The position numbers and the translations under genes are program-made. From Lytechinus pictus (taxonomy: Eukaryota), in contig NC_087251.1 of NCBI RefSeq assembly GCF_037042905.1, forward strand, positions 33,296,001 to 33,356,000: a DNA stretch of 60,000 nucleotides, in the 5' to 3' direction. Of this stretch, positions 39,488-53,087 are shown piece after piece. The first letter of the stretch is position 1, and the number at the start of each line of letters is the position of its first letter. A model generated the notes under the pieces. The model searched no databases. It worked only from the letters and a program-made list of their open reading frames with translations, and had not been told where the DNA came from.

Positions 39488-40293
39488 AAATCTTTCTTCA
39501 GATAGGTGAAATGATTGTGGTCTTTGGCATATTTGTCAGTGAGATCACACATTGAATACCATGTGTGCAATTGATTTTATGCATAACTTTTTAGTCAGAC
39601 TTTACTCTGTGAAACTCCCCAGATCTGTATTCGAATAGGTGAGATGATTGTTTTTGTATGAAAAAGTAAGCGGCAGAGTCTATAACTATCACTCCAATAT
39701 GAAAAAAAAAAGAATGATATACATGTATGTCAGGGATCAATTTCAAATGATGGTGTGTAAGGAATATTAGGTAAAGTAGGTCTTTGGAAAAGTGATCCTT
39801 AAGTTTGCCAACAAATGAATTTGCCCGTGAATTATTTCATTAAGTAAAAATTGTAGGACTAGGGTATCGTTTGCAATCAGGTTGTAGTTCTAAATTATAG
39901 GGTTACTTGGTTGATTTTCATTTGGTCAGTTGTCACTTGGTCTAATAAGGGAATTCTCACAATTCCCTGGTCTAATATCGACTAAATCAAATCATTACAT
40001 TGCTTTAGTTGCTTTTGCTTTTGGTAGAATTATTTTCCCAATTTTATCAAACAATCATTGTGTCTATTACCAGTTCATAGACCAAGTGAGTTTTAGGTGA
40101 ATAGGTAAATGGCAAACACATTGTATTGTTAATTGGTTTGTAACTGGTTTTCACATAAACTGGTCGTAGACATTAGACTAAATGGGATTAGACCAAATGG
40201 CAATTTCTTCTCACGCTTAACATTCTTTTTTGCTCCATGCATATCATATCATGCATAGCATATCATCATGGAGGATGGTGATGGTTGTGACAT

Positions 40294-40857
40294 CCTGGGG
40301 GGCGTTTCATGAAAGGACTTGTCAGACATGTTATCTGACAAATCCCAGTTTATCAGACAGTTACCATAGGAACAGTGCCTCTCAGCCAATCAGAATCATC
40401 GAAAGATTTTAGATCTGGCAACTTGTTGGATGAAAATATTGATGAAACGCTCGCCAGGTTAGCCTTTTAATGATATCATTTGTCAGTGGTCGTCATTGAC
40501 AAATGTAAAAAGCTACTGAAAACCCTGCATCTGATTGGCTGAGAGCCAATTGAGATAAGGTAGTCACTGGCAAGTTGCTTCATGAAACACTCCCCTCCTA
40601 GAGAGCATTTCATGAAAGAAAAAGTCAGTGATTGTCACTGACAAATGTTATAAGCTACTGAAATCCTTGCGTCTGATTTGCTCAGAGCAAATTCAGGTGT
40701 GGAAGTCACCAGCAAGTTTCTTCATGATACACTCCCCTGGAGTGCATTTCATGAAAGAAAAGGTCAGTGATTGTTGCTGACAAATGTTATAAGCTACTGA
40801 AATCCCTGCATCTGATTGGCTGAAGTGACTGGCAAGTTGCCTCATGAAAGTGCACTG
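40294..40857. mobile_element. Cluster of ~4 adjacent related MITEs (tttcatgaaa...ctgattggct...catgaaac)
   Basis: First copy 40294-40458 has cctgg..gcgtttcat / atgaaacgc..ccagg ends. Three further tandem copies share aagctactgaaa...tctgatt. Confidence 0.7.
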
Positions 40858-42238
40858 CAGACAAATGGATATTAAAGAACCATGTCCACCCGTTTGAAAG
40901 TGCAACACCCCTTGTGTCGTATGAGGAAAACAATCCTTGTCAAAAATGGGTCATCCTGATTTATGCTCGTACAGTTATACCTAGGGAGCATTAGTGAGAC
41001 AGGCATTCATCATCTGCTTCTGTTTTGCTCTAGATGCTCTGTGACAGTGACCGTATTTCTCATTCATTGGTGTCATACCTATGGGTTGTAAAACTTGATG
41101 ACAGTGTGCTCTCTTTAGTCTGCTAAGTAAATGCACAGTGAGAGGTATTGGCAATCAGATCTCAATGCCAGTGTTGCGATTGGGTTTATATATGTTGTAG
41201 GAAAATAGACATTCAAAATCACAAAAATGTGTCATATTTTAGTTCGTGAATGAAAATATGTCCCTTTTCTTTGAAATGCTCACAAACATGAGAGTTGTTT
41301 CTTCATGAACATGAATAGACCTAGTATTATTGGTTGTCTTTTAATAGGAATAGTAATATGAACACTTGAAAATAATCACCCCATCCTATTTATACTCCTT
41401 CAGTTGTTTTTCTAACAGTGAAACATGTCTGATTCAAAAATGAAATAAACAATTTTTCATTACTATTATACTTGGAGAGTTGTTCGCTGAACATTTTTCT
41501 TTCTAACCATTCAGTGAAATAACCAGCTATTGCTTATATACTGTTGGTAATAGTGTTAGAGTTTTGAAACTATTTGTCTCTTTTGTTTGTGAAAATGTTA
41601 ATGTTAACAGTACTATGCATTGTAAGTTTCTTTAAACACGAGAGTTGTAATGTCTAAAACTTGTTTTTTCATCTATGTAAGGATATATTTAAGGTTGTAA
41701 CATATTCTGAACTTATAATTATAGGTGTATTATGAATAATAGGAGAGATGTGGTGTAATAACAGTCACAACTTAGATACTTGTATTTGTTAATATGCTTT
41801 GGTATATTATAAACCATTTGTTTATATTTCTTTTTTGTCTATTCTGTAATTTAATGTCAACAGTACTTACTTTTTACTTTTTATTTGTATCTTTTCTTTC
41901 ATATATATGATTTCTTGAATGGAAGAGTCATTCCATTGCTAGATGTAAATGTGCAATTTAACAACAAGTGATATTCTATATGGTACATGTATTCTATAGT
42001 AATGGTAGCCAAAGATATATTTTACCCATATATATTTAAGTAGAATCTAACATGTGACTTTCATTGTATTTCTGATCATATCCAAAAGGTCCCATCTGTC
42101 TAATTAACACTCTTGTACCAATTTAACTTCAAGAGCGGATTGAAAGTCAGCTCCTTTGTGACATGTTGATGAAGTCGCCTTTCGCCAAGGTGTAATGAGC
42201 AGAGGTGCCAAATCAACACCTGGGCCATGCATCATTAA

Positions 42239-42368
42239 GGGGCCCGTAACATAAAACTTAGCAATTATCGTAGAACAATTTTTTATGATTGATTGCAGTG
42301 ACTACAATGTACAATCGATCGTAAAAACCAAGCGTACGATCAATCGTTATGCATTGTGTTACGGAGCC
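42239..42368. mobile_element. Short MITE (ggcccgtaaca...tgttacggagcc)
   Basis: Imperfect TIRs. Related copies at ~7968-8107 and ~56937-57056. Confidence 0.6.
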
Positions 42369-42459
42369 AAGATTTGTGATTTATCCAATTTGGTATCAAC
42401 TATGGAAAACCATCGATGCCATAATTCATACATTTATACCTGTAAATGCATGTCTGTAC

Positions 42460-42677
42460 CACTAGCGTACCTACGGGGGGGGGGCAGTCTGCCCCCCTTG
42501 ACGAGCAACAACCCATGCAAAGGACGTATCCCTGCCCCCCTGACGAGCTTGTCAAATTTTTTTCTGGTACAAAATCCTTTATTTGTGATTGAAGACTTTT
42601 TTTTTTTTTTTTTTGCTTGTCAAATTTTTTGGTGGACGGTTTTGCCCCCCCTGTTGAAAATCCTAGGTACGCCACTG
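42460..42677. mobile_element. hAT-type MITE
   Basis: TIRs cactagcgtaccta / taggtacgccactg, flanked by a perfect 8-bp TSD gtctgtac. Confidence 0.9.
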
Positions 42678-43267
42678 GTCTGTACACAATGCTGATTAGA
42701 GATGCTTACTCTTACATTTATTATGGATATGAGGCATCAACTTGCTGCTTTTGGGGGGTTTTATTAAAGATTATTGCATATTAATGCCTTCTAGATAATG
42801 AATAATGATAATAGTTCTTGAAGCACATATCACAGTACGATATATAACGTCTCTATGTGCTTTCAAAGAACTTGGATATTAGCCTGGCGGCCTAACAGCA
42901 GCCGTGATAATTACTTTGTAACGGCCGTCTGCTAGATGGTTTAAGATGTGAACAAAGCGGAAGGGTGAAATGACACCATCTGTGTCAGAGGGAATGCATG
43001 TAACTGATTTTGTACTTTCTGAAGTAACACTACAAACATATTATATTAGATTGATTAGAAGAGGTGTTAATGATAACACCAGTTGTGTATGAAGGTTACA
43101 TTGTACTACAGAAAGTGTTAATCATATCCATAGTGTAGTGTTTTGATTTGATATTTGTGCCGTGGCAGTGCTGAAATGATTATCTTGAGGTTTGTATCGT
43201 AGAGTTTATTGATAGTCAACTGTGATGATATGATAGATCTGTGTGCCATGATATTTATGCAAATGAA

Positions 43268-43463
43268 CACTCTTAAAAATGTTGGGCAACATACGGTCCA
43301 CACAACAATTGGTTAAAACTTTATCCAATTCTGGGTAGTTTTACACCAATAATGTGTGCTTTGGGTGAAAACTACACAGTATTGGTGTAAAACTACCCAG
43401 AATTGGATAAAGTTTTAACCAATTGTTGTGTGGACCGTATGTTGCCCAACATTTTTAAGAGTG
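43268..43463. mobile_element. Palindromic CACTA/EnSpm-like MITE
   Basis: ~84-bp perfect inverted arms, CAC...GTG termini, 2-bp AA TSD. Confidence 0.9.
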
Positions 43464-46400
43464 AATATTTAACATGATGTTCTCTGGGCATCAGAATTAT
43501 TCTCAAATAAATACAAAATATCATGCTTTTACAGCGAGAAATTGTCAACTTACTTTTCTTCGTGTTTGTATCTATAGAGTGATATCCCTTATTGTAATAA
43601 TTCATTCTGCTTTGGTGTTACTTTTTCATCACTGAAAGAGTGATTGAGAGGAGGGAAGAGAGAGAGGGAGGGTGAGAGAACATAGACAAGGTAAAAACGA
43701 TTATTTTCCATTCCCCCTTTTGTATAATTTTTTTTTACTCTTCAGTCTTGCCTTGTTTACACCCCATAAGTAATTGTCTGGAAACGTGCACCCTTGCCCC
43801 TTTTCCCCACCTCTAGATACTTCATTGAATATGAATATGGTGAGATGAAGCGCATGACAACATTGCATTGTGTTGATGGTTTAGCCCCAATATGAAAGGT
43901 CGCTGCATGGATAAATCCAGAATCATTTTGTTTTTTTACAAGTGAAGGAGTAGGAAAATTTCACTCTTTAAAATGAAACTTGATTCTTTCAATTTCCCAG
44001 GTATTCCCTTTGCACTCGTGTTTATTCATGCCCATCACCTAACATACAAGCGCCTATAAATCCTATATTTGGAATGAATTGAAACAATTATAAGCATAAT
44101 TTAAACCTGCGACGTTATTTCTTGTGAACTGCTCTTATCGAAATATAATATGCAATTTCCATACTTCATCCCCATTCTCTCGCACTTGTTGAATATAGAA
44201 ATCTCTGGTAGGAATGTGCAATGGGAAACCAACACGAGAATGTTTCTAATTAATTTTTTGCAAGGCATCCCACCCCCACATTGAACTGGTGCGTCTGTGA
44301 CTTATCAAAGTGATTGGGCATCCTTGACAGAGCTTATCTGTTGATGTAGATGTGGTTCATATTTCCTATAATTAAGAATATTTTAATAAATCTTCGACTC
44401 TTGTTTCAATTTCTTATTATGTCCTTAACCCCCCCCCCCACATTTTCCGTCTGTCAGTTTTAAGTCCGTATCTTCTTCATTATACAATTTTGAAAGATGA
44501 ATTTTTAATACCATTACTTTCTACATATAAGCTCCATGCAGTGTTTATCATTTTTATTTTATTGGATATCTCCTAGGACCCATTGGTCCACTGCGCTATA
44601 AATGATTAAATTTTATGAATATTTCTTTCCTGGGAACATGACGAGGTTTTGATTCAACTTTTAATATGAAAGAAACTATAATCATGATAATGCTCGGAAT
44701 TGTGTTTGCATACATTACTTGTTGCTATGTTTGGAAGCCTTCTTTCTGGCAAGGCATTGGGTTATCAAGAACAATTTTTGTTTTAAAAAATCTGCGTGAA
44801 ATATGAATATATTCGTAAAATGTCTATCAGACGAAGTTTGTCTTTATCACTCATCATGCTTCCATTTTCTTTACTTCCTTCGCAGCCCAACAAATATATA
44901 TTTTCTGAATGAGTGCAATTCTCCGTTCTCCAAACAAACCGTTTGAAACAAAAAAGTTCACTTGCATTTATTTGTGAACATGTAGAACTCTTCAATCAAA
45001 CAGTTTTTAAGTTCTGCATAAGCAAATGACCCAGGAATTTTTAGGAGACCTTATATAGTGAATGGAACGAAATTTCTAAAAAAATGCTTTTATACATAAA
45101 TCTTACTTTTGAATAGATTTTTGACATAATATTCAGAAAATTTCACTCCTTTCCTTTTCTTTCTCCTTCTTTTCTTAGTGACTTAGAATGAATATTCATC
45201 TCGGCGGCGGCCCGGCTATGTATTTTTTTTTTATTATATCACATAAACATGTGAAATACTATTTTATTCAGAATAAAATTTAAAATCATGACATTCCTGT
45301 ATCGGCAGAAATTTTTTTTACTTTAATAGAAGTAAAGCTTCGTAAAGCCTGCACCTGTCATGTTGAAAGGAACACTCGATCGATCGGAGAATATGCAGGT
45401 GATTTTAATCCATTTTTCAGTCGTCGGCATGACATATTGCATGTAAGTATAGACCAATGATTGAGCTTAGTTTTATGAGAAGATGAATTATCCGTATTTC
45501 TGGTATTAAAGGGATTGGTAGTAGTAATTCTATTTGTGTCTTTCATCTTCTTTGCCTCTGTCCAACTCTCTTTCTCTCTGTCCCACTCCAGGGGCCGCGG
45601 AAGGGGGAGGGGCGGGGTGACTTCAACCCCCACTGTCAGTAATCATACAAAATAGCGTGAAAATAACTATATGTAATTTAATAATTGTTCGGCCCCCTTA
45701 AAGTCGTTCGTGGTTCCTGTATTCTCACTCCCTCTATCCCCTTCTCCCTCCCAGTTTCCCCTTTATTTTGTTTCTTCCCTTTCTCTCCTTTGATTGCACG
45801 AATTTGATAATCATTAGAAAGAACGGTAGAAATTGAACAAAGAATTTTCGTATCATTATGGCTCATGTTTGGTTCTAGCATCTAATCATGACTTAATTAA
45901 TGACCCCTATTTGAATAAAATTTCAAGTAAGAATCATCATTTTGGTCGCGTGATTCTTACTTCAATAATTAAGTTTATTCGATGAAAAATATGTTATTTT
46001 GTAAATTTGAATCAACTGATAACATTTTACTCTCCCTTCTTTTGTCATTACCTTTAATAAGGGCAATGTAACTATAATGAATATTGACAGACGGCATTCT
46101 ACCTTCCCTGCCATTGTTATCGATCGATACTTCTAACCAGCCAATAATCTCATTACACCTGCAATCGTATCGAAATAATGGAGATCGATAATGCAGCTGG
46201 GATTTGCATAGCTGGCATATCTGACATTCCATACAAAGAAATGTCAATATTTTCTCCGTATTCTACAATCAGTGCTTCCTGGCAATTGATGTGTTTCTCT
46301 TCTTTCATCCAATAAGTATGATTCCTACCCTGGTTCTTAGATTAGAAGAGGGATTTGAAAGAAGATACTAATTTTATTCCGTTAAAAAATGGGATCCTTT

Positions 46401-47370
46401 AGGAAAAAGTGGGTTTAAAAAAAGTGAATTCATAATGTCGAGTTTACATTTAGTTCATTTTATAAACATTAATGTTTTGGTTCAATATCTAGTGCATCTC
46501 TTCAACTTCAAATTAAAGATAAATAAGGTAAAGCTAGGGAAGTGTGAAAGTTCGAATCATCTTTCATAGTGATTGGTGAACGTGAAAATAAAAACAAAAT
46601 TATATGCCAGATACATACTTTTTTGTTTGATAGCAGATGGGATTTCATGTTTATAAACAAATAAACTTTTCTCGTAATTTATAGTTAATTTTCTTCTCTG
46701 TAAAATAAGAAATAAAGTCATTACTATTATTACAATAATTTTCTGTGACAATCAATAAAATATTTAAAAGTATCTACTTCATTCCATTCTTGAGTACCGT
46801 TCCCTTATCCTGAAAATATATAATAGTATCTATCTGGAAAGCGCGTGTCGCTTTTCTTTTCCTTTCAATTATGCCTGTATATGTTTCTCTCAGTATTGCC
46901 TTTCTCTCTCTTTCTCTCTCAAGCTCACGCAATAGGTTTGTTCTGCATAAATCGATGTTGAATTCATGCATAACAAGCAAATAAACGTCAACTTAAGTTT
47001 GTTGTCGACATGCTAATGCGATAATTCGCCATACAGTGTAAGTACATTAGGCCATTTAAGAGTTAATTGCATAGATTTACTTAGTGTGTTCACAAGGCTT
47101 GTGCATTTAGTGGGCTTGGAAAAACCATTATGTTGACGCAGTCGCCGCACTAAATTTGTTTAGATCTCTCCTCTTTTTTCTCTCTCACACTTTCTTTCTG
47201 CCCCCCCCCCCCCCTCTTCTCTCATGTTTCAAATTCTCTCTCTTCTCCTGTCTCTCCCTCCCTATTTAGCTACCTCTCTCACCAATATATCCTCTTTCAC
47301 AAAGAGAACGCGCGCTTTTCGTGTGCTAAGATATCAATATTTTATAATATATTCGTTTGCATCCCCCCTG

Positions 47371-47435
47371 AATAATAATAATAATAATAATGATAATAAT
47401 GATAATAATAAGAAGAAGAAGAAGAAGAAGAAGAA
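47371..47435. repeat. (AAT)n(AAG)n microsatellite
   Basis: Directly visible. Confidence 0.95.
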
Positions 47436-48446
47436 ATTTTAAAGGGGCATAGACATTTGATGGGCATAAATATTTGATGAAGTTACGATAATGTGATGAA
47501 CAACATGAAACGAATTTTATATGCAGTGTTACGAAAATGAACAGATTAATTCAAAGTCAATTCTTTTAGATCTAGTGTGGATTCCTCGACATTTATTATG
47601 GTATACATAGTTTGCGCAAAATGTTCTCACCCACTCTTTCAATGCTGATTTCACAAACATTTACATATACCCACACAGAGCCTTTCTTTCTTTTTGTTAT
47701 CTATTTCTTTACTTCTCTCTTTCTCTTATCTATACAATATACCAAAATACTCTCAATACCCCATTTTCGCTCTCTATGTCCTATATACATGTATTGATAT
47801 CTTCGAGCCATTTTTAACTTCTTCTCAAGTATTACCTTTTCCCATAATTCATGCTACACTTCCTGTACGCCAACAATCCTATATAGCATGAATAGTGTTT
47901 TTATAATTCTTACCCCTCATTTCTTTTCTCCCTTGTTTGCTGTCGAATATTCTTATACTTTTTATTTGCACGATTCCGTCCTTATTTTTGATGACTCTAT
48001 TCATTCTACAACAAGTTACATATCGCGTTTAACAGTTCAAAAATACAAGGAAATTGTCACAAAAATATTATATATGTGGCATGCAATCATAATTTAGTAA
48101 ATGGTCCTATTGCAGGCAGATTGATAATGACAAAGGCATGTATTGCACTGACGTTTTAAAGTTATTTCCTGTAAGCTAGATTAACTATATAGATTAATTT
48201 TTGATAATTATGTTTTTATTCCCTTGCTTTCCTGCTATAGAAATTAAATTATCAGAAAAAAGGACCCTTTTACAGTAAAATCGGCAAAGTGTTTTGCTTT
48301 TCATTCAAAGCATACACGGTGCACTGAAACATGCTCATTCCTACCACTTTTTTTCATAAATGTTATATGAAATGTCACGATATAAAAAAAAATACGATAT
48401 GCGCAAATTCGTTGTACATAATCATATTGCTATTGATGTCATCGCC

Positions 48447-48480
48447 ACATCATACCATCATCATCATCACCATCATCACC

Positions 48481-48511
<31 letters not shown>

Positions 48512-48590
48512 CCACCATTATCATCATCATCACCACCACTATCATCATCACCACCACCATCATTATCACCTCATCATCGTCATTATTGAT
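48447..48590. repeat. (CAT/CAC)n microsatellite
   Basis: Directly visible. Explains the poly-His and poly-Ile ORFs. Confidence 0.95.
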
Positions 48591-49140
48591 GTTATATAGT
48601 CGTGGTCATCATTATTATCATAGTTGTCCTGATCATCGTCACGTGTCATCATTTTCATTGCTAGTTTGACAGAAAAATCAAAGGAAAAAAACTCTACCTT
48701 CTACCCAAACTATATCCAAACAAGATCACCGTCACTATAATATCACTTTCCTTAGTTGTATTCCTTATTTCCCCTATTACCCCATCATTCCATCACCCCT
48801 CACCAGCGATCAACCATATTGATAATCACCGGCATCGTGCTAATTACTACCGACCTCCACTGATAATTATTACTAATTTACAAAGGGACGGGTACATAGG
48901 CGTGTCATGTAAATATCAATAATAGTATCAATTAACTCACCACATGAAGCAATTTTGTTTTTGGCTTGTGCGCCAATTAAACCCCTACCATGTCGTATAC
49001 GTGCTACTTTAGAACATCAAATGTTAAGAGTAATATCAGGGTGACTGGTGGGTGAAAAGGAAATAATTGAATAGATGGAGGTTGTATGGAGAATCAACCT
49101 CCATCCATATGTCAAATACGATAATGTACCCCCACCCCAA

Positions 49141-49342
49141 AATAATAATGATGATTATAATGATGATGACGATGTTGATGATGATGATGATGATAATAAT
49201 AATAATAATAATAATATAAATAATAATAATAATTAGATAACAGATCAAATGATCCTAGATTTCTAGAAGAGGTTTCCTTGCTTTTTGATATACCAAGAAA
49301 CCATCAAGTTGTGGAAAATGACAGTAATTATAGTAGTAGTAA

Positions 49343-49425
<83 letters not shown>

Positions 49426-49487
49426 ATAACAATAATAATAATAATAATTATAAAAATAAATGATAGATGATAATGATGATGATAATG
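49141..49487. repeat. (AAT/GAT)n and (TAG)n microsatellites
   Basis: Directly visible. Confidence 0.95.
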
Positions 49488-49494
49488 AGCAATC

Positions 49495-49759
49495 GGGTCG
49501 TGTGGTCCAGTGGTTAGAGCATTGGAATCATAATCGCGAGGTTGTGAGTTCGAATCCCAACTCTGCCATTGTCTCCACTTTGATAAAAAGGCCCGAGAGT
49601 GATATCTGTCGTCTATAACGTCAGCCACTATGACTGATTAACCTAGACGTAAAATGTTTCCAAGGTAATTGGTTATATACCAGCTTGGCGTTTACCAGCA
49701 AAAATGCTGTCCTGCCGAGTTCCTACGGGAGTTACCATAAACAGAAACAGAAACAGAAA
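49495..49759 (+). mobile_element. Full-length tRNA-derived SINE with (ACAGAA)n tail
   Basis: A box tggtccagtgg, B box gttcgaatc, a ~170-bp non-tRNA body and a tandem hexamer tail. Confidence 0.85.
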
Positions 49760-50299
49760 TAAGCATAGGTCCATTTTTAATAATCATCGAAAGGGATCAA
49801 AGGATACCTTTATTCACCTATACCTATAACATGTATAAGATGAGGCATTTGATATCACGTCATCTAAAGTAGATGTGAACTTTCTATTTTATTTTTTCGA
49901 AGATGAATGGTACATGGCCATTGCCATTTGATTATTAGTTAAACAGTACTAACAATTGTGTGATAGTGGCCCATCTCGCTCATTTTAACAAATAATGTAG
50001 GGGTGTTTATTTTTAGATACTATAGAGAGTTTAAATCGACACGACACTGAAAACAGCGTCATTGCATTAGTTTTGCTCTTTTCGTATACACCTTGAATGA
50101 GATAACCTTTCTTCTAAGAAATTAAAAGGTGAAAATTACCTAAGTCATATTACACCTGTACACATTTCTATAGCAATATAGTGTCAGAAAAATAAGCGCC
50201 CTTCGCTTACACAACTGTACGGGTTGAATATTTTACTAGCGTGAATATTACAAGCGAAATCACTATGCACTATTTATCTTTCAATACAAACGAATACTA

Positions 50300-50858
50300 T
50301 CTCAGTAGAAAGGCGCCTCTGTGTATGGGGAATGCTAATTGTACGGATATGCATGCACACTGAAAAACAGGGTGCAGACGACAGCTATCTCCGTCAAAAT
50401 ATGAAGCCGGTGTTTGGCGCGCAAAATGCGAGAGTAGCATGTTGCATGCTTTTTCCCCCCTCTGCCCTCTTTCAACGATTGTCGCCCCGCCGCGCACTGT
50501 GTGTGTGTGTTTGTCTATGCGCCCTTTTATCAGAATGCATGCATTCATGCAGTCCTTGGCTGTCCTCTCTCAATCACTTCGTCTTCAAATCTTTCCATAG
50601 TTTTTCATCTCTCTCCAGCCATATTGATGATGAGAGTTCATCTTCCAGTAGCAACCTGTTCACTCGCCGGCTGCCACTCTTGCCGCCATCATCCGTTGGA
50701 TTATTTCTGAAGGAATATTGCATTTGGGGTATGGGCTCGGAAATCGGGGCGTACATTCTGTGTTAGCATCGAACAGTGAATGTGTTGTTTTGGGTGTTTA
50801 AGAACATAAAGATATAGAAACACACAACCTTGAATCGGACGATACTATCGAAGAAATC
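50300..50858 (+). promoter_or_regulatory. CpG-rich putative promoter / 5' leader of the second gene
   Basis: Locally high GC/CpG (ggcgcgc, gccccgccgcgc) directly upstream of the ATG at 50859. The TSS cannot be determined from sequence. Confidence 0.5.
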
Positions 50859-50959
50859 ATGACCACAGACGCGGGTTTTATAGCGGGTGTAACAGTGGGC
50901 GCGGCTATCGCCTCAGCATTCTTATTTGCCTGCCTCTACTCCGCATACAGGGCCGTAAT
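50859..50959 (+). CDS. First coding exon of an unidentified gene with an N-terminal transmembrane/signal-anchor helix (MTTDAGFIAGVTVGAAIASAFLFACLYSAYRAV-)
   Basis: aaatcATGa start context, in-frame upstream TAA at 50799, a ~22-aa hydrophobic stretch followed by R, AT|gtgagt donor (phase 2), CpG-rich surroundings. Confidence 0.75.
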
Positions 50960-52770
50960 GTGAGTAGCCAAAAATTCCTGCTTTAAACCTTTCCAACGCC
51001 TTTTACATCGATTGTGCTAATGTATTAGTTTAATAATGGCATCATTTTGCAGTTAGCACCTTTCATCCTACTACTAGCGATATTCTGCTCTCGTTTTGGA
51101 CGGTAAGAAAATCGATTTAACTGCACATTTCGCTGTTGATACAACAGAACATTTTCCCCCGTCACATGTTCGAAGGGTAACGCCTATCTTTACTAATTCC
51201 CCTTCATTCAATGCAGCCGACAAAATATTGTGTAGGTGTCTATGTGAATTTATGCGACAAAGACTGAGTTGAATTTGGCTTGGAGATTTGTAATTCATCA
51301 TATTTTTTCCTCTTTAGCCTACTAGATTTTGTCGATTTATGTTATGCTTTAGAGATTGATTTTGAAGTGTATAAATCCATGTATTTCGTAAAAAAACTGC
51401 AAATTTGTTAAGCTAAAGATGAATATCATAAACTTAAGTGTTTTTTTTTCTTTGCCCCAAGGAACTAATGTTTTTGTTTTAGTTTTTAATGATCGATTCA
51501 TTTTCCTGCTTTTTGGTCACTTTATTTCAATTTACTACACGCGCCAACCTCGTGTGTCTAGCATCAATGGTTATATACATTGACATTCAGACAATGCACT
51601 TCAAGATCGACAGACATTACTTTTTTTTTCATTCAACCTATTTTACCTTTCCCTTTCGATGTACCTTCATTTCTTTCTACCACGTCATTTCGACATACTT
51701 GTGAAAATTCATTTAATCATTTTAGTTCCAGTGTTTGCGTTCGCTCTTCTTCCTGTCTATATCATCATGATCATAATATATTTGTGTATTAAAGGTTCAT
51801 AGATCCATTTGTATGTATTGAGTATGAATAAGAGACCTTTCTTTCAAATATCACGATCTGAAGTCTCCGCTAAATATTATATTATTCATTGTTCATCTCA
51901 TTTGTTATTATCAATCATTGTAATTTGAATGAGGCAACCGACCAGAAAAAATGTATTGTTCCCCTGACCGTCCTGCAAATAGAAGTGTGAATATTTAAAA
52001 TAGCCGAAAGTCATACTTAAATCCTAGTCTCTTTGGGAAGCAATAACTTAAGATGGTTTGTTTGACATGAGATCACAAAAAAAAAAACCAATGCAAAAGC
52101 AGACGGACCACATTCAAAGACGGACATTAAATGTTTCGGAATCCCTTTCTCTTTCTTCTCGAAAAAGTCTCGTGTTCTTTATTACGGCAGCCATATTAAT
52201 CGTGATCGTTCGGGTTATACCGTTGTCAGCCCTTGTCTCCTGATAAGCCAAAGCAATGCTAATTTGTTTGACATTGATTTTGGCCCTGCTAAACTGATTG
52301 CGAAAGGTTATCTGTTATTGAATCAAATATGAGAGCTATGAATCCTATTTGATACAATCGAAGGTCTGATTGTGAAATATACCCCTAACCAGAGAGGCTT
52401 GATGTTCTGCTCCGCCTTTTTACACTGGTTCACTTTGGATAAAGAATGAATTGGAAGTAAAATTTGCAGGGATTTCTTTTTATTGATGCATATTTTTTAT
52501 CATTATTGTAAATGAATGAATGTTTCATTTGAAAAAAAAATATGTAAATAGTAATATAATTCCACCCCCAAAATATATATTCCTTGAATGGTCACAGTAT
52601 CAAACTAATATTGCGATTCATCTAAAGCTCCTTCCAAAAGTGCTCAAATCACCATTTGTTATTATTAAACATCACCGTTGTAAGAACCATTTTTATGCTA
52701 AATTTTGTTTTAACGAAAAAATGTATTCTTTATTGAAAGTTAGAACAAAGTAGATCTACTTATAATTTCA

Positions 52771-53087
52771 TATGGCTCATATTATTTCTTCTTGTTTGAA
52801 AATTACCTGGTGAGAATTGAGATGTCTATCAACTGTAAAATAGATTAGGAATTATTAAGAATTAAACATATGTTTTTAAATGTGTTTTAGGATGCTTCTG
52901 ATCGTTACTTTCGTTGACAATCGAAAGATTATGGCTCATATTATTTCTCCTTGTTTGAAAATTACCTGTTAAGAATTCAGATGTATATCAACTGTAAAAA
53001 AGATTAGGAATTATTAAAAATTAAAAATATGTTTTTAAATATGTTTTAGGATGCTTCTGATCGTTACTTTCGTTGCCAATCGAAAGA
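52771..53087 (+). repeat. Tandem duplication, 2 x ~159 bp
   Basis: tatggctcatattatttct...aatcgaaaga at 52771 and 52930 with few mismatches. Confidence 0.9.

Larger units (their letters stand above)
32806..43600 (+). other. Probable long 3' UTR / downstream region of TMEM63 (end uncertain)
   Basis: AU-rich, CpG-poor, no coding exons seen. AATAAA at 32995 and 35018, and further copies downstream. Confidence 0.35.

Noticed and set aside
49495..49570. tRNA gene
   Set aside because: The acceptor stem does not pair well, and the sequence continues into a SINE body and tandem tail.
48331..49628. Poly-His/Ile/Ser/Thr/Val ORFs
   Set aside because: Translations of trinucleotide microsatellites.
50332..50766. 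144-aa ORF as the second gene's CDS
   Set aside because: No recognisable domain or splice donor. More likely GC-rich promoter or leader sequence.
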